The notes under the pieces are model-generated. The model saw nothing but the letters and a program-made list of their open reading frames with translations, had not been told where the DNA came from and did no database searches. DNA of 64,000 bases from Candidatus Woesearchaeota archaeon. Lineage in GTDB: Archaea; Nanobdellota; Nanobdellia; Woesearchaeales; JAGVZT01. A program made the position numbers and the translations under genes. Positions 1-9,382 of this stretch are shown one piece after another (within the stretch, counting starts at the first letter, position 1; each line of letters opens with the position of its first letter). The stretch is taken from assembly GCA_018302335.1 (NCBI GenBank), contig JAGVZT010000001.1, forward strand, positions 3,193 through 67,192. The letters run 5' to 3'.

Positions 1-254
1 CCGGTGTCCGCGTCCGCGATGCACGGCATGGATGTCCCGAGGGCGATCGCCCCGGAAAGCTCCGCCATCTCGGTCATGGTGAGGAGTTCGATGTCCGGAA
101 GCCCGCGCATCGCGGTGAGCGCCGCGCCCGAGATGTACGCGGCCTTGAATCCCAGACGCTCGGCGAGCTTCGCGGAAAGCGGGGAGAAGCATCCGGGCAT
201 CACCACGATGTCCTTTCCCGCGAGCAGCTTCCTGAAGTCCTCAGCCCTGGTCAT
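1..254 (-). CDS. PEP-mutase / isocitrate-lyase superfamily protein (2-methylisocitrate lyase-like). Only the N-terminal ~84 codons are present; the gene runs off the left edge.
   Basis: Reverse-strand ATG at 252-254 translates to MTRAEDFRKLLAGKDIVVMPGCFSPLSAKLAERLGFKAAYISGAALTAMRGLPDIELLTMTEMAELSGAIALGTSMPCIADADTG. The amphipathic N-terminus and DADTG metal-binding motif are typical of the PEP mutase/ICL family. Tight junction with the upstream ACAD gene. Confidence 0.6.
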   Translation of the reverse strand, partial: MTRAEDFRKLLAGKDIVVMPGCFSPLSAKLAERLGFKAAYISGAALTAMRGLPDIELLTMTEMAELSGAIALGTSMPCIADADT

Positions 255-1410
255 GCTGCGCCTCCTTCAACGCGAATTTCGCTATGACGAGCCGGAGAAT
301 CTCCGAGGTGCCTTCGCCGATGGTCATCAGCCGGGCGTCGCGCCAGTGGCGGTGCACCTCGCCCTCCTCGGTGTAGCCCCTGCCGCCGTGCAACTGGAGC
401 GCGAGGTCGCAGACGCGCAACGCCGCTTCCGACGCCACGAGCTTCGCCTGCGCTGCCTCGCTCGCGGCCTCGTCCCCGCGCCCCTTCAGCGCGCCAGCGT
501 GATAGGTGAGCGCCCGTGCGGCGGCCAGGGAGCTCTGCATCTCCGCGAGCTTCATCTGGCTCTCCTGGAATTCCGCGAGCGGCCTCCCGAACTGCTTCCG
601 TCGGGAGACGTGCAGCAGCGTCTTCTCGAACGCTGCTTGGCCTATACCGAGCGCCTGGGCGGCGATGCTCAGCCTTCCGTGGTTGAGGATGGACTTGGCG
701 ATGTCGAAGCCCTCTCCGGGCTTGCCCAGCATGGCATCCTCCGGGAGCTTGGCGTTCTCGAACAGTATCTCTCGCGTGGAGCTGCCCCGCACTCCCAGGG
801 TCTCGAAGCGGTGGCCGAAGGTCATGCCCTTGACCTTTTCGGTGAGGAAGGCGGTGATGCCCTCGGGAGCGCGGGCGAAGATGAGGTACACCTCGGCCTG
901 GCCGGAATTGGTCGCGTAGGTCTTCTTTCCGCTGAGGGTATAGCCTCCCTTTCCCGGCAGCGCGCTGCACTGGATGCCTCCCGCGTCGGACCCTGCCTCT
1001 GGTTCAGAGAGGGAGAAGCACGCGAGCTTCTTCCCGGAGACCAGTCCGGTGAGAAAGCGCTTCTTCTGCGCAGGAGACCCGAAGCGCTCCACTCCCCTGG
1101 CGACGGCGCCGTGGATGCCGGATGCGAGCGCGGTCGAAGCGCAGGACTTCGCGACGTGCTCGGTGCACGCGAGCGCAACCGGATAGGGAAGCCCCCGGCC
1201 GCCGCTCTCCTTCGCGAAGGACGTCGCGGTGAAGCCCTTCGCAGCGAGCTTCTTCAGGCTCTCGCCGGGAAACTCGCGCTCAGCGTCGATGCGCGCTGCG
1301 CTCGGCGCAATCTCCCTCGCGCAGAACGCCGCGAAGTCCTCCAGCAGGCCGCAGTGCGCCTCGAGGCCCAGGGACACGAGGAGTTTCTTCTGCTCCGCGA
1401 GATGGCTCAT
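241..1410 (-). CDS. acyl-CoA dehydrogenase
   Basis: 389-aa product starting MSHLAEQKKLLVSL at an internal ATG of the 455-aa track ORF; upstream ORF residues are R/G-rich junk. Motifs GIHGAVARG, FSLSEPEAGSD and catalytic-base region YTEEGEV are classic ACAD. ATGA overlap with the DUF35 gene stop. Confidence 0.9.
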   Translation of the reverse strand: MSHLAEQKKLLVSLGLEAHCGLLEDFAAFCAREIAPSAARIDAEREFPGESLKKLAAKGFTATSFAKESGGRGLPYPVALACTEHVAKSCASTALASGIHGAVARGVERFGSPAQKKRFLTGLVSGKKLACFSLSEPEAGSDAGGIQCSALPGKGGYTLSGKKTYATNSGQAEVYLIFARAPEGITAFLTEKVKGMTFGHRFETLGVRGSSTREILFENAKLPEDAMLGKPGEGFDIAKSILNHGRLSIAAQALGIGQAAFEKTLLHVSRRKQFGRPLAEFQESQMKLAEMQSSLAAARALTYHAGALKGRGDEAASEAAQAKLVASEAALRVCDLALQLHGGRGYTEEGEVHRHWRDARLMTIGEGTSEILRLVIAKFALKEAQHDQG

Positions 1411-2099
1411 GCCGGGACGAAGTAGACGTCGCTCGCGAGGAGTTTCGCGTTGCGACGGAACTGCGCCTTCACCTCCATGCCCACGGCGATGCCGTCCTGC
1501 CCGACGCCCACGAGCCGCGAGAGCAGCAGGGTATCCGCTCCCTCGAACTCGACGAGGACGAGATTGAACGGCGTCTCCTTGAGGAACTCCTGGGAGCCGA
1601 AGTAGCATGTCGTCCAGGAGTGCACCTTCCCCTTCAGCGGAAGCTCAATCCAGCGCGTCTTCTCCCCGCAGCGCATGCAGTGTCCCTTGGGCGTCGCAAA
1701 GGTGTAACGGCAGTGGATGCACCGCGTGCCCAGCAGCCTGCCGTTGGCGAGTCCCGCGAAGAACGGCGAGTCCTGGGCGTAGCTGTGCAGGTACTCCATC
1801 TCGTAGTGCCAGCGGATGACCAGCGGCGACATGCCATCGAGATGGGCGAGGTCCTTCGGGAAGGGGATGCGGAACGCCGAGTTTCCGTCCTCGGTCTCCG
1901 GAAGCCTGACCTTGCCCCGGAGATTTCCCGCGCTCACCGTGCCGACGCCCTGGGCCCTCTTGGCTGGCTTCGCCTTCGGCATCCTGCGCAGGGCCTTCTC
2001 CAGCGCTGGCCGCAGAGTCTCCGTGCGATTCCTGCTTGTCGGTCTTCTCGGAGGGCTCTTCCCGGCTTTCTTTTGGATTTTCTTGGACATCGTCACCAC
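1407..2099 (-). CDS. DUF35 OB-fold/zinc-ribbon protein (thiolase/HMG-CoA-synthase-associated scaffold), with an unusual K/R/P-rich N-terminal extension
   Basis: C-terminal ~140 aa carry a CxxC...CxxC ribbon (CIHCRYTF...CMRCGEKT) followed by an OB-fold-like region, as in archaeal DUF35 proteins encoded beside thiolases. 7-bp overlap with the thiolase stop; an internal start (MSPLVIRW, around 1832) is possible. Confidence 0.7.
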   Translation of the reverse strand: MVTMSKKIQKKAGKSPPRRPTSRNRTETLRPALEKALRRMPKAKPAKRAQGVGTVSAGNLRGKVRLPETEDGNSAFRIPFPKDLAHLDGMSPLVIRWHYEMEYLHSYAQDSPFFAGLANGRLLGTRCIHCRYTFATPKGHCMRCGEKTRWIELPLKGKVHSWTTCYFGSQEFLKETPFNLVLVEFEGADTLLLSRLVGVGQDGIAVGMEVKAQFRRNAKLLASDVYFVPA

Positions 2100-3379
2100 C
2101 CCCTCTCCAGCACGCTCACCGCGACATAGGTGCCGGTGCCTGCGTGCGAGTGTATCGCTCCCCGGCGCGGGTCCTTGAGCTGCAGCGAATCGTCACGGAA
2201 ATGCTTCCCTACGGTGCCCTGGAGCTGCCAGAGGGCAAAGACCGACTGCATCAGTCCCGTTGCACCGACCGGATGGCCGCACGCCAGCAGTCCGCCCGAG
2301 GGATTCACCGGGACGACGCCCTGCTCGCCCGTGAATTCGAGGCCATAGCGGACCTTGGGCATGAACGGCGCGCCTGTCTCCACGAAAGGCCCTCCTTCCC
2401 CGTATCTGCAGAGGCCCATGTCCTCGTAGGTCTGGATCTCGCTGCTGGTGTAGGCATCGTGCAGCTCCACGAAGTCGAGCTCCTCCAGGGGATTCTTGAT
2501 GTCTGCCTGCTCGTATGCCATCCTGCTCGCGGCGCGTCCCGCGCGAAAGGAGTGCACCCCTGGGTATTTCAGGTGGGCATAGTCACTTTTCTTCTCGTGC
2601 GGCAGGAGCATGACCTCGCCGTGGGGGCGGTCCGCCATCCGCATCGCGTCCGTGCCCGTGCCTACCCCGGTGATGCGCACCGGCCTCTTGGCGAAAGAAA
2701 ACGCGGTGTCCTTGTCGCACAGGAGCGCGACCGCCGCGCCCTCCGACATGGTGCAGATGTCCAGCAGCGTCAAGGGATATGATACCATCGGGGCGCTGCG
2801 CACCTCCTTCACGGTGTACGTCCCTGGATACTGCGCGTAGGGGTTGTGCTCGGCGTTCTTGTGGTTCTTCACCGAGACCATGGCGAACTGCTCGGGCGTG
2901 GTGCGGAACTCGTGCATGTGCCGCACCGCCATCATCGCGTAGTATCCCGTGTAGAATCCGCCGACCGGATAGTCGAAGTTCGTGTCGGACGCGAGCGCGA
3001 TGAACTCGTTGCCTTTCCAGGTGTTCACGTGCGCCATCGTCTCCCATCCGAGCGCGGCGCAGCACTTCATCCTTCCGGACGCAATCTCACGCCAGGCCGC
3101 CTGGAAGCCCAGGCCCCCGGTGGCGCCTCCGCCCTCGACGCGATGGCCGGGTTTCGGGCAGAGCCCGAGGTAGTCCTGTACCATCGCCCCTCCCATGAGC
3201 TGCCGCAGGAAATGGTCGGAGAAGTACGAGGAGACGCTCCCGTCGATGTCCTTTGTCTCCATCCCGACATCTCCAAGAGCGTAGTCGAAGGCCTCCTTGA
3301 CGAGCACCTGGAAACTCTTCTCCGGATGCGCCTTTGCGAATTTCGTCACACCGCCCGCAATCATATAGACCTCGTTCAT
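2093..3379 (-). CDS. thiolase, archaeal/SCP-x type (acetyl-CoA C-acyltransferase)
   Basis: Product [23 protein letters not shown]... with the thiolase active-site Cys region and C-terminal GHPVGATG. The track ORF (782 aa) is an artefactual fusion; the true start is the ATG in an ATGA overlap with the stop of the next thiolase at 3376-3379. Confidence 0.85.
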   Translation of the reverse strand: MNEVYMIAGGVTKFAKAHPEKSFQVLVKEAFDYALGDVGMETKDIDGSVSSYFSDHFLRQLMGGAMVQDYLGLCPKPGHRVEGGGATGGLGFQAAWREIASGRMKCCAALGWETMAHVNTWKGNEFIALASDTNFDYPVGGFYTGYYAMMAVRHMHEFRTTPEQFAMVSVKNHKNAEHNPYAQYPGTYTVKEVRSAPMVSYPLTLLDICTMSEGAAVALLCDKDTAFSFAKRPVRITGVGTGTDAMRMADRPHGEVMLLPHEKKSDYAHLKYPGVHSFRAGRAASRMAYEQADIKNPLEELDFVELHDAYTSSEIQTYEDMGLCRYGEGGPFVETGAPFMPKVRYGLEFTGEQGVVPVNPSGGLLACGHPVGATGLMQSVFALWQLQGTVGKHFRDDSLQLKDPRRGAIHSHAGTGTYVAVSVLERGW

Positions 3380-4599
3380 CTGCTGACCTCCATCGCCACC
3401 GCGCCGCCGCCGCCGAGGCAGAGGGTCGCGAGCCCTCGTTTCTCGCCGCGCTTCTGCATCGCATGCGCCAGCGTGACCAGGATGCGCGCCCCGCTGGCCC
3501 CTATCGGATGGCCGAGCGCCACCGCTCCGCCGTTGACATTGACCCGCTCCTCCTGGAGCCCGAGCTCTCTGACGACCGCGAGGCTCTGGAGCGCGAACGC
3601 CTCGTTCAGCTCCACCAGGCCATAGTCCCCCACGTTGCGACCGGTGCGCGAGGCGAGCTTCCGCACCGCGAGTGTCGGGGCGGTCATGTAGAGCGAGGGC
3701 TGGTGATGCGCGGAGGCATAGCCCTCGATGCGTGCGAGGATCTTGCAGCCGAGCTCCTCTGCCTTCTTCTCCGACATCACCACCACCGCCGCGGCGCCGT
3801 CGCTGAGCTGCGAGGCATTTCCTGCAGTGATGGTCCCCTTCGGAGAGAAGACCGGCTTCAGCGACGCGAGCTTCTCCATCGAGCTGTCGCGGCGGGGTCC
3901 CTCGTCGTGCTCGAGGCCGCCCGCGGGGGCCAGCTCGGCGTTGAATGCGCCGCTGTCCATCGCGGCCACGGCCTTCTGATTGCTTCGCAGCGCGAACGCG
4001 TCCTGCTGCTCCCGCGTGATGCCTCTCGAAGCGAGCCCCTCGGCAAGGGTGCCCATGTGGCAGTCCTGGTAGCAGTCCCAGAGCCCGTCTCTGACCATGG
4101 CGTCCGTCAGCTGGATATCCCCCGTGATGACTGTCTCTCTCTTGCTCAGGGCATCGGCCGCGATGAGCGAATCTTCCCGCGCTGCCACGCGTGCGTCGCC
4201 GAGCTTCTGCCACTGGCGGAAACTGCGTACGAGGTGCGGCGCGTTGCTCATGCTCTCCATGCCTCCCGCGACGATGATATCCGCGTCCCCAGCTGCCAGG
4301 GCCTGGCTCGCGAGGACAATCGCCTTGAGGCCGGAGCCGCACACCTTGTTGACCGTGAACGCGTTCACGCTCTCCGGCAGCTCCGCGAAGAGCGCAGCCT
4401 GGCGAGCTGGATTCTGGGCGAGGCCGGCCTGGAGCGCGCATCCCATGATGACCTCGTCCACCTCGCTGCCCGAGAGGCCGGCGCGCTCCACCGCGGCCCG
4501 CACTGCCACGGCACCAAGTTCAGGGGCGCTCAGCTCAGATAGTGAGCCGAGGAATTTCCCGATTGGCGTCCGCACCGCGGAGACGATGACCGTTTTCAT
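3376..4599 (-). CDS. acetyl-CoA acetyltransferase (thiolase II, bacterial type)
   Basis: [16 protein letters not shown]... with [10 protein letters not shown] (Cys nucleophile), [11 protein letters not shown] and [11 protein letters not shown]. Start ATG at 4597-4599 overlaps the crotonase stop. Confidence 0.9.
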   Translation of the reverse strand: MKTVIVSAVRTPIGKFLGSLSELSAPELGAVAVRAAVERAGLSGSEVDEVIMGCALQAGLAQNPARQAALFAELPESVNAFTVNKVCGSGLKAIVLASQALAAGDADIIVAGGMESMSNAPHLVRSFRQWQKLGDARVAAREDSLIAADALSKRETVITGDIQLTDAMVRDGLWDCYQDCHMGTLAEGLASRGITREQQDAFALRSNQKAVAAMDSGAFNAELAPAGGLEHDEGPRRDSSMEKLASLKPVFSPKGTITAGNASQLSDGAAAVVVMSEKKAEELGCKILARIEGYASAHHQPSLYMTAPTLAVRKLASRTGRNVGDYGLVELNEAFALQSLAVVRELGLQEERVNVNGGAVALGHPIGASGARILVTLAHAMQKRGEKRGLATLCLGGGGAVAMEVSR

Positions 4600-5324
4600 C
4601 TGCCACCAGCCAGGAACTCGATGATTTTCTGCTTCGGCTCCCCGGAGGAGAAGCATTCGGTGAAGAGCTGCTGCTCCCGGACAAAGCCGTGGGCGTACCC
4701 TGCGAGGACTGCCAGCTTCGCTCTCCTGAGGGCGGCCTTGCTGTGCCGGGCCATGAGACGCGCGAGCCGCTCCGCTTCCGGCATGAGCTGCTCAGCCTTC
4801 ACGACATGATCCACGAGGCCGATGGCCAGCGCTTGGCTCGCGCTCACCGGCTCTCCGGTCAGTATCATCTCTTTTGCCCGGCCCAGGCCGACGAGACGCG
4901 GGAGACGCTGGGTGCCGCCTGCGCCGGGGATGATGCCGAGCTTGACCTCCGGCTGGCCGAACATCGCGCTCTCGGAGGCGATGCGCAGGTCGCAGGCCAT
5001 GGCAATCTCGTTCCCTCCTCCAAAGCAGTGGCCATTGACCGCGGCGATGATGGGTGGAGCGTCCTCCTCCATCTGCCGGAGGAGGGTGTGGAACAGCCCG
5101 GAATACTCAAGCGCCGTCTCCGGGGAGAGGTCACGGAGCTCCGACAGGTCGGCGCCAGCGCTGAAGGCCTTGCCCCTGCCGGTGAGGATGATGGCCCTCG
5201 CTTCGGTCGAGCAGGCCTCCCGGAGTTCGCGCAGCAGGGCTGAGGAGAGCGCGTTCATCTGCCGCTCCCGGTCAAGGGTGACCACCAGGACATTCCCGCG
5301 CTGCTCAATGGTGACGAATGGCAT
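4596..5324 (-). CDS. enoyl-CoA hydratase/isomerase (crotonase family)
   Basis: 242 aa with [24 protein letters not shown] and [20 protein letters not shown] motifs. Confidence 0.9.
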   Translation of the reverse strand: MPFVTIEQRGNVLVVTLDRERQMNALSSALLRELREACSTEARAIILTGRGKAFSAGADLSELRDLSPETALEYSGLFHTLLRQMEEDAPPIIAAVNGHCFGGGNEIAMACDLRIASESAMFGQPEVKLGIIPGAGGTQRLPRLVGLGRAKEMILTGEPVSASQALAIGLVDHVVKAEQLMPEAERLARLMARHSKAALRRAKLAVLAGYAHGFVREQQLFTECFSSGEPKQKIIEFLAGGR

Positions 5325-5344
5325 GGCAGGGCCCAGGACGCTGG

Positions 5345-5419
5345 CATATATATATGTTACCCGCGAGGCGGCATCGGGTTCTCCTGGTCGGCTGCGCGCC
5401 GCGAAAACCTTTATTAAGG
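5345..5419. promoter_or_regulatory. bidirectional archaeal promoter region (two TATA-like boxes)
   Basis: catatatatatg at 5345-5356 lies about 25 bp upstream of the minus-strand crotonase ATG (5324). aaaacctttattaagg at 5405-5419 lies about 26 bp upstream of the plus-strand thioesterase ATG (5441), consistent with leaderless transcripts. Confidence 0.5.
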
Positions 5420-5440
5420 GCGTGCCCCGACAGTCTAGGC

Positions 5441-5884
5441 ATGCAAGCGAAGTCGGCGGCCGAGGCCGCGGTGACCATGGTGCGAGAGATGTTCCCGCGG
5501 GACGCCAACGCCAACGGCGACATCTACGGCGGCAGGATTCTGGACCTCTTTGACGAGGTGAGCGGCATCGTGGCGAAGCGCCACGCGCAGTCCCACTGTG
5601 TCACGGCTGCGGTGCACGACATGGTCTTCGAGAAGCCGGTGGCAGTGGGCAATCTCATCCACATCACGGGACGCGTGGTCTACGTCGGGAGGACCTCCAT
5701 GACCCTCCGTATAGAGATGGACCGAGAGGAGCGCGATACCGGAAAGCGGGAGCGCGCGGCCTGGGCGTACTTCACCTATGTCGCGGTGAGGAAGGGCAAG
5801 CCCATTGAGGTCCCGCGTCTCCTCCTGCAGTCGGACGAGGAGAAACGCCTCTGGCACGAGGCGGAAGCCCTGAGGAAGCGCTAG
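5441..5884 (+). CDS. acyl-CoA thioesterase (hotdog fold, YciA-like)
   Basis: 147-aa product [40 protein letters not shown]... with the typical hotdog thioesterase N-terminus. Divergent from the beta-oxidation operon. Confidence 0.8.
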   Translation: MQAKSAAEAAVTMVREMFPRDANANGDIYGGRILDLFDEVSGIVAKRHAQSHCVTAAVHDMVFEKPVAVGNLIHITGRVVYVGRTSMTLRIEMDREERDTGKRERAAWAYFTYVAVRKGKPIEVPRLLLQSDEEKRLWHEAEALRKR

Positions 5885-6150
5885 TCCTTGCCGGTTCCGC
5901 CGGTATAGGCGCCGTCCGGGAACTGGTACCCCATGTTCCCCAGCGCGTTGAGGTAGCTGCGGACCGCATCCAGGGCCTGCGGCTCCAGGTGCTGGCCCTC
6001 TTCTGGCAGGAGTTGCATGCACAGCCGCTCCAGTCCTCGCAGGTGCGGGCTGTCCATGGTGAACAAGAAGCGTCCCGAGAGGCCTTTGAGATAGCAGTGC
6101 ACATCGGCCGCTGTCACGGTATCATCATGGAGAATTTGGTTTCTAGTCAT
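5881..6150 (-). CDS. hypothetical small protein (89 aa)
   Basis: ORF with an internal ATG at 6150 and an AT-rich promoter-like region upstream; no recognisable domain. Confidence 0.35.
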   Translation of the reverse strand: MTRNQILHDDTVTAADVHCYLKGLSGRFLFTMDSPHLRGLERLCMQLLPEEGQHLEPQALDAVRSYLNALGNMGYQFPDGAYTGGTGKD

Positions 6151-6415
6151 TTTTGTGTATACTTTTTTGTGATGTTGCTGAGATTTCACACACATGGCTG
6201 TCCGTCATAGTATAATAAGCTTTTCCCCCGCATCTGGAAAGGGATTCCATCGGCTGCGCGGCGCACGACATCGGCCGTATTCCATGAGTTTTGGGTATCA
6301 CTGAGGCTTCCCCGGGAGCGTACGGCAACGCGGCCGGAGGTCTGATGGTTCGTCCTGACGAAACATTCTTTAAGGGGTTCCCGTCACCAGAGAGCCGGTT
6401 ATTAACAATAGTTAA

Positions 6416-7756
6416 ATGGGGGGGCAGATGGACCACACGCTTCGCGTCTATGAGAGCATTCTGGAGCTCCTGCCGAGCGAGGAGAACCCCACTCCCTTGG
6501 TCCGGCTGCAGAAGACCGTGCCGGAGCAGTTCCGCGTCTATGCGAAGCTCGAGTGGTACAACCCTTTCGGCGCGGTGAAGGACCGCATCGCAGCGAACAT
6601 GCTCCGCGACGCAGAGCGTCGCGGCCTCACTCCGCTGAAGAGGCTCATCGAGCCGACCAGCGGCAACACGGGCATCGGGCTTGCGATGATGGCCAATGCG
6701 CGCGGCTTCGCTCTGCGGACTCCGGTGAGCCAGGCCATCCCGCAGGAGAAGAAGACCACACTGCGCTTCCTCGGCAGCGATGTCGTGGAGATTCCCGACT
6801 CGCTCTGCCCGGACCCCAGCTCACCTGATGGTGCGATTGCCACGGCAAAGGGCATCGCTCGTTCGAATCCCGACCAGTGGCACATGCTCAACCAGTACGA
6901 GAACGACGCAAACATCGAGGCGCACTACCGCACCACGGGGCCGGAGATATGGCGGCAGACCGCAGGCAGGGTGACGCACTTCATCGCGGCGCTCGGGACC
7001 TGCGGGACCATCACCGGCACGGGGCGCTTCCTCAAGGAGCGCAATCCGGACGTGAAGGTCATCGGGGTGCATCCCCAGGAGGGCCACGAGATACCGGGAG
7101 TGCGGAGCATCAAGCAGCTCCAGGTGACGAAGCTCTTCCATCCTGAGGAGTACGACGCTCTTGTCGAGGTATCGAACGACGAGGCCTACGACCTCTGCCT
7201 CAGGCTCAACCGTGAGGAGAGCGTCATCGCGGGGCCGAGCAGCGGGCTGGCGCTCGCCGGTGCGCTCAAGGCGCTCGGCACCGAGCGGGACGCGCTGGCA
7301 GTGGTGATATTCCCCGACAACATCTTCAAGTACGCCAGTTTCCTGGAGAAGCATTTCCCGCAGTTCGCCGGCGCTGCGCAGCACGCGCCAGTCCCTGCCG
7401 GCCAGGACCCGCTGCTCGCCGCGATGCTCCAGGCCGCGAGGAATCCCCACACCACCCTGGAGGCGGAGGAGGCTCTCCCGCTGGTGACGCAGCAGGCCGC
7501 CGCGCTCGTCGACGTCCGGCCCGCGCAACAGTACCTCCAGGGCCATCTCCCCGGCGCGGTGAACATCCCGCTGCTGGAGCTGTCCAGCCGTGCGGCGCGG
7601 CTTCCGCGAGAGCGCCCGGTCATCACGGTCTGCAATCGCGGCAACGCTTCCATCTCCGGCATGCTCCTCCTGAGAGCGATGGGTTTCCAGGAGGTGCGCT
7701 CCCTGAACGGAGGCACCATCGGCTGGAGAGAGAAAGGATATCCCTTGGAGAGGTGA
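6416..7756 (+). CDS. cysteine synthase / cystathionine-beta-synthase family PLP enzyme fused to a C-terminal rhodanese domain
   Basis: N-terminal ~300 aa have PLP-fold motifs (AKLEWYNPFGAVKDR lysine region, EPTSGNTGIGLA, glycine loop GTCGTITG). C-terminal ~100 aa are a rhodanese module (LVDVRPAQQY...VITVCNRGNASI with the CxRG active-site loop). Alternative start at 6428. Confidence 0.85.
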   Translation: MGGQMDHTLRVYESILELLPSEENPTPLVRLQKTVPEQFRVYAKLEWYNPFGAVKDRIAANMLRDAERRGLTPLKRLIEPTSGNTGIGLAMMANARGFALRTPVSQAIPQEKKTTLRFLGSDVVEIPDSLCPDPSSPDGAIATAKGIARSNPDQWHMLNQYENDANIEAHYRTTGPEIWRQTAGRVTHFIAALGTCGTITGTGRFLKERNPDVKVIGVHPQEGHEIPGVRSIKQLQVTKLFHPEEYDALVEVSNDEAYDLCLRLNREESVIAGPSSGLALAGALKALGTERDALAVVIFPDNIFKYASFLEKHFPQFAGAAQHAPVPAGQDPLLAAMLQAARNPHTTLEAEEALPLVTQQAAALVDVRPAQQYLQGHLPGAVNIPLLELSSRAARLPRERPVITVCNRGNASISGMLLLRAMGFQEVRSLNGGTIGWREKGYPLER

Positions 7757-7761
7757 AACAC

Positions 7762-8625
7762 ATGGCAGAACAGCTGCAGCAGCAACGCTATGCGAACGAG
7801 CAGGCAGTGGTTTCAACGCAATGGGTCGCCGACCGTGTGAAGGACCAGAAGGTGCGCATCGTCGAGGTGGACTACGACCCCAAGAGCGCCTATGAGCTGG
7901 GCCACATCGGAGGGGCTGCCCTCATCCAGTGGGGGAAGGACCTCAATGATGGGGTGAGGCGCGACATCGTCAGCCCGCAGGGCTTTGCCGCGCTTCTCTC
8001 GCGCAATGGCATCACCCGCGAGAGCACGGTCATCCTCTATGGCGACTTCAACAACTGGTTCGCCGCGTTCGGCTACTGGGTCTTCAAGCTGTACGGACAC
8101 AAGGACGTGCGCCTGATGAACGGCGGCCGGAAGAAGTGGGCCGAGGAGAAGCGCTCCTACACCACCGAGGCGCCGAAGCTCGTCAAGAGCGTGTATCCGG
8201 AGCCCAAGGCTGACTGGACCCAGCGGGCGTATCTCCCGCAGGTGCAGGCCGCCCTCGGGAAGAAAGACTGGGGACTCGTCGACGTCCGCTCTCCCGCGGA
8301 GTACAAGGGCGAGATCACCGCTCCTCCGGAATACCAGAACGAGCAGTGCCGGGTCGCCGGCCACATCCCGGGCGCGAAGAGCATCCCGTGGGGCAAGGCA
8401 GTCAACGAGGACGGCACCTTCAAGTCCCAGGCGGAGCTGGAGGCGCTGTATCGCGCCGAGGGCATCACGCGGGACAAGTCCATCATCGCCTACTGCCGCA
8501 TCGGAGAGCGGAGCTCGCACACCTGGTTCGTGCTCAAGGAGCTGCTCGGCTATCCGAAGGTGGTGAATTATGACGGCTCCTGGACCGAGTGGGGCAACGC
8601 CGTGAACACCCCGGTGGAGCGGTGA
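7762..8625 (+). CDS. thiosulfate sulfurtransferase (tandem-domain rhodanese)
   Basis: Two rhodanese domains with active-site loop AYCRIGERSSH (CRxGxR type). The track start is GTG at 7753; ATG at 7762 is preferred. Confidence 0.85.
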   Translation: MAEQLQQQRYANEQAVVSTQWVADRVKDQKVRIVEVDYDPKSAYELGHIGGAALIQWGKDLNDGVRRDIVSPQGFAALLSRNGITRESTVILYGDFNNWFAAFGYWVFKLYGHKDVRLMNGGRKKWAEEKRSYTTEAPKLVKSVYPEPKADWTQRAYLPQVQAALGKKDWGLVDVRSPAEYKGEITAPPEYQNEQCRVAGHIPGAKSIPWGKAVNEDGTFKSQAELEALYRAEGITRDKSIIAYCRIGERSSHTWFVLKELLGYPKVVNYDGSWTEWGNAVNTPVER

Positions 8626-8834
8626 GGATAGATTTGCGGCAGAGCGAGGAGATGTGCGGCGAGTCCGGCGCGGCTCGCGCCATCGCCGCCATCGCCTCGG
8701 CGCACCGAGGGGAGCGCATCGAGGTCCTGAGCGACAACGCGGACCACCTCTTTGCGGTGCGAACCTGGGCGGAGCGCCACGGGCACTCTCTCCGGGAACA
8801 GGATTCCCGGCGCGTGCTCATCGAGGTCGCCTGA
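8622..8834 (+). CDS. TusA-like sulfur-carrier protein
   Basis: ~70 aa starting at GTG 8622: RIDLRQSEEMCGESGAA...GERIEVLSDNADHLFAVRTWAERHGHSL fits the TusA two-layer fold pattern (Cys near the N-terminus, then the evLeVlsDd and w...gH.l pattern). Reading-frame overlap with the rhodanese end; the track ORF begins earlier (8589). Confidence 0.5.
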   Translation: MRIDLRQSEEMCGESGAARAIAAIASAHRGERIEVLSDNADHLFAVRTWAERHGHSLREQDSRRVLIEVA

Positions 8835-9379
8835 TGGCCCTGGTGCGCGAGAGCGGGATGCCAGAGGAAACCCTCTGGGAGGGGTTCTTCGCGTCAGGCC
8901 TGCTGCAGCGGCTCGGCGTCCGCGGAACGGTGGCGGATTTCTGCTGCGGCTATGGCACCTTCAGCATCCCCGCCGCGCGCCTTGCGGAGCGGGTGCTGGC
9001 CTTCGACATCAGCGAGGAGATGGTCTCCCGCACCAGGGAACGCGCCGCTTCGCTCGGGCTCAGCAATCTTACCGCAGAGCGCTGCGACCTCGAGGAGGGA
9101 TGCCCGCTGCAGGAGCGGAGCGTGGACTGGGTGCTCCTGTGCAATATCCTCCACGGGGAGCGGCCTGAGCTGCTCCTCGGTGAGGCGAGGCGGATTCTCC
9201 GGCATGGGGGGAACGCGCTGCTGGTCCACTGGCTGCACGGAGCCACGCCGCGCGGGCCTCCGTTGGCCATCCGCCCCCGCCCGGAGGATCTTGAGAGGCT
9301 CGCCAGGGCTGCCGGATTCACCCGGCTGCAGCGGCGCGACGCCGTGCCGTGGCACTACGCAATCATAGCAGGGAGGTAG
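8834..9379 (+). CDS. class I SAM-dependent methyltransferase
   Basis: 181 aa from MALVRESG; motif I VADFCCGYGTF and post-I LAFDISEEM. ATG overlaps the TusA stop (TGATG). Confidence 0.75.
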   Translation: MALVRESGMPEETLWEGFFASGLLQRLGVRGTVADFCCGYGTFSIPAARLAERVLAFDISEEMVSRTRERAASLGLSNLTAERCDLEEGCPLQERSVDWVLLCNILHGERPELLLGEARRILRHGGNALLVHWLHGATPRGPPLAIRPRPEDLERLARAAGFTRLQRRDAVPWHYAIIAGR

Positions 9380-9382
9380 GAC

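Noticed and set aside
4-1425. 473-aa plus-strand ORF
   Set aside because: Antisense to the acyl-CoA dehydrogenase and PEP-mutase genes; Ala/Arg/Gly/Leu-rich composition typical of high-GC antisense frames; no motif.
2093-4441. 782-aa minus-strand ORF apparently fusing two thiolases
   Set aside because: Its first ~350 residues are an out-of-frame read of the thiolase II gene region (R/G/P junk). The real SCP-x-type thiolase starts at the ATG in an ATGA overlap at 3379.
3334-4542. 402-aa plus-strand ORF, and similar long ORFs (2036-2782, 2846-3625, 4689-5243, 4822-5553)
   Set aside because: Antisense or off-frame inside well-supported thiolase/crotonase genes; no recognisable motifs.
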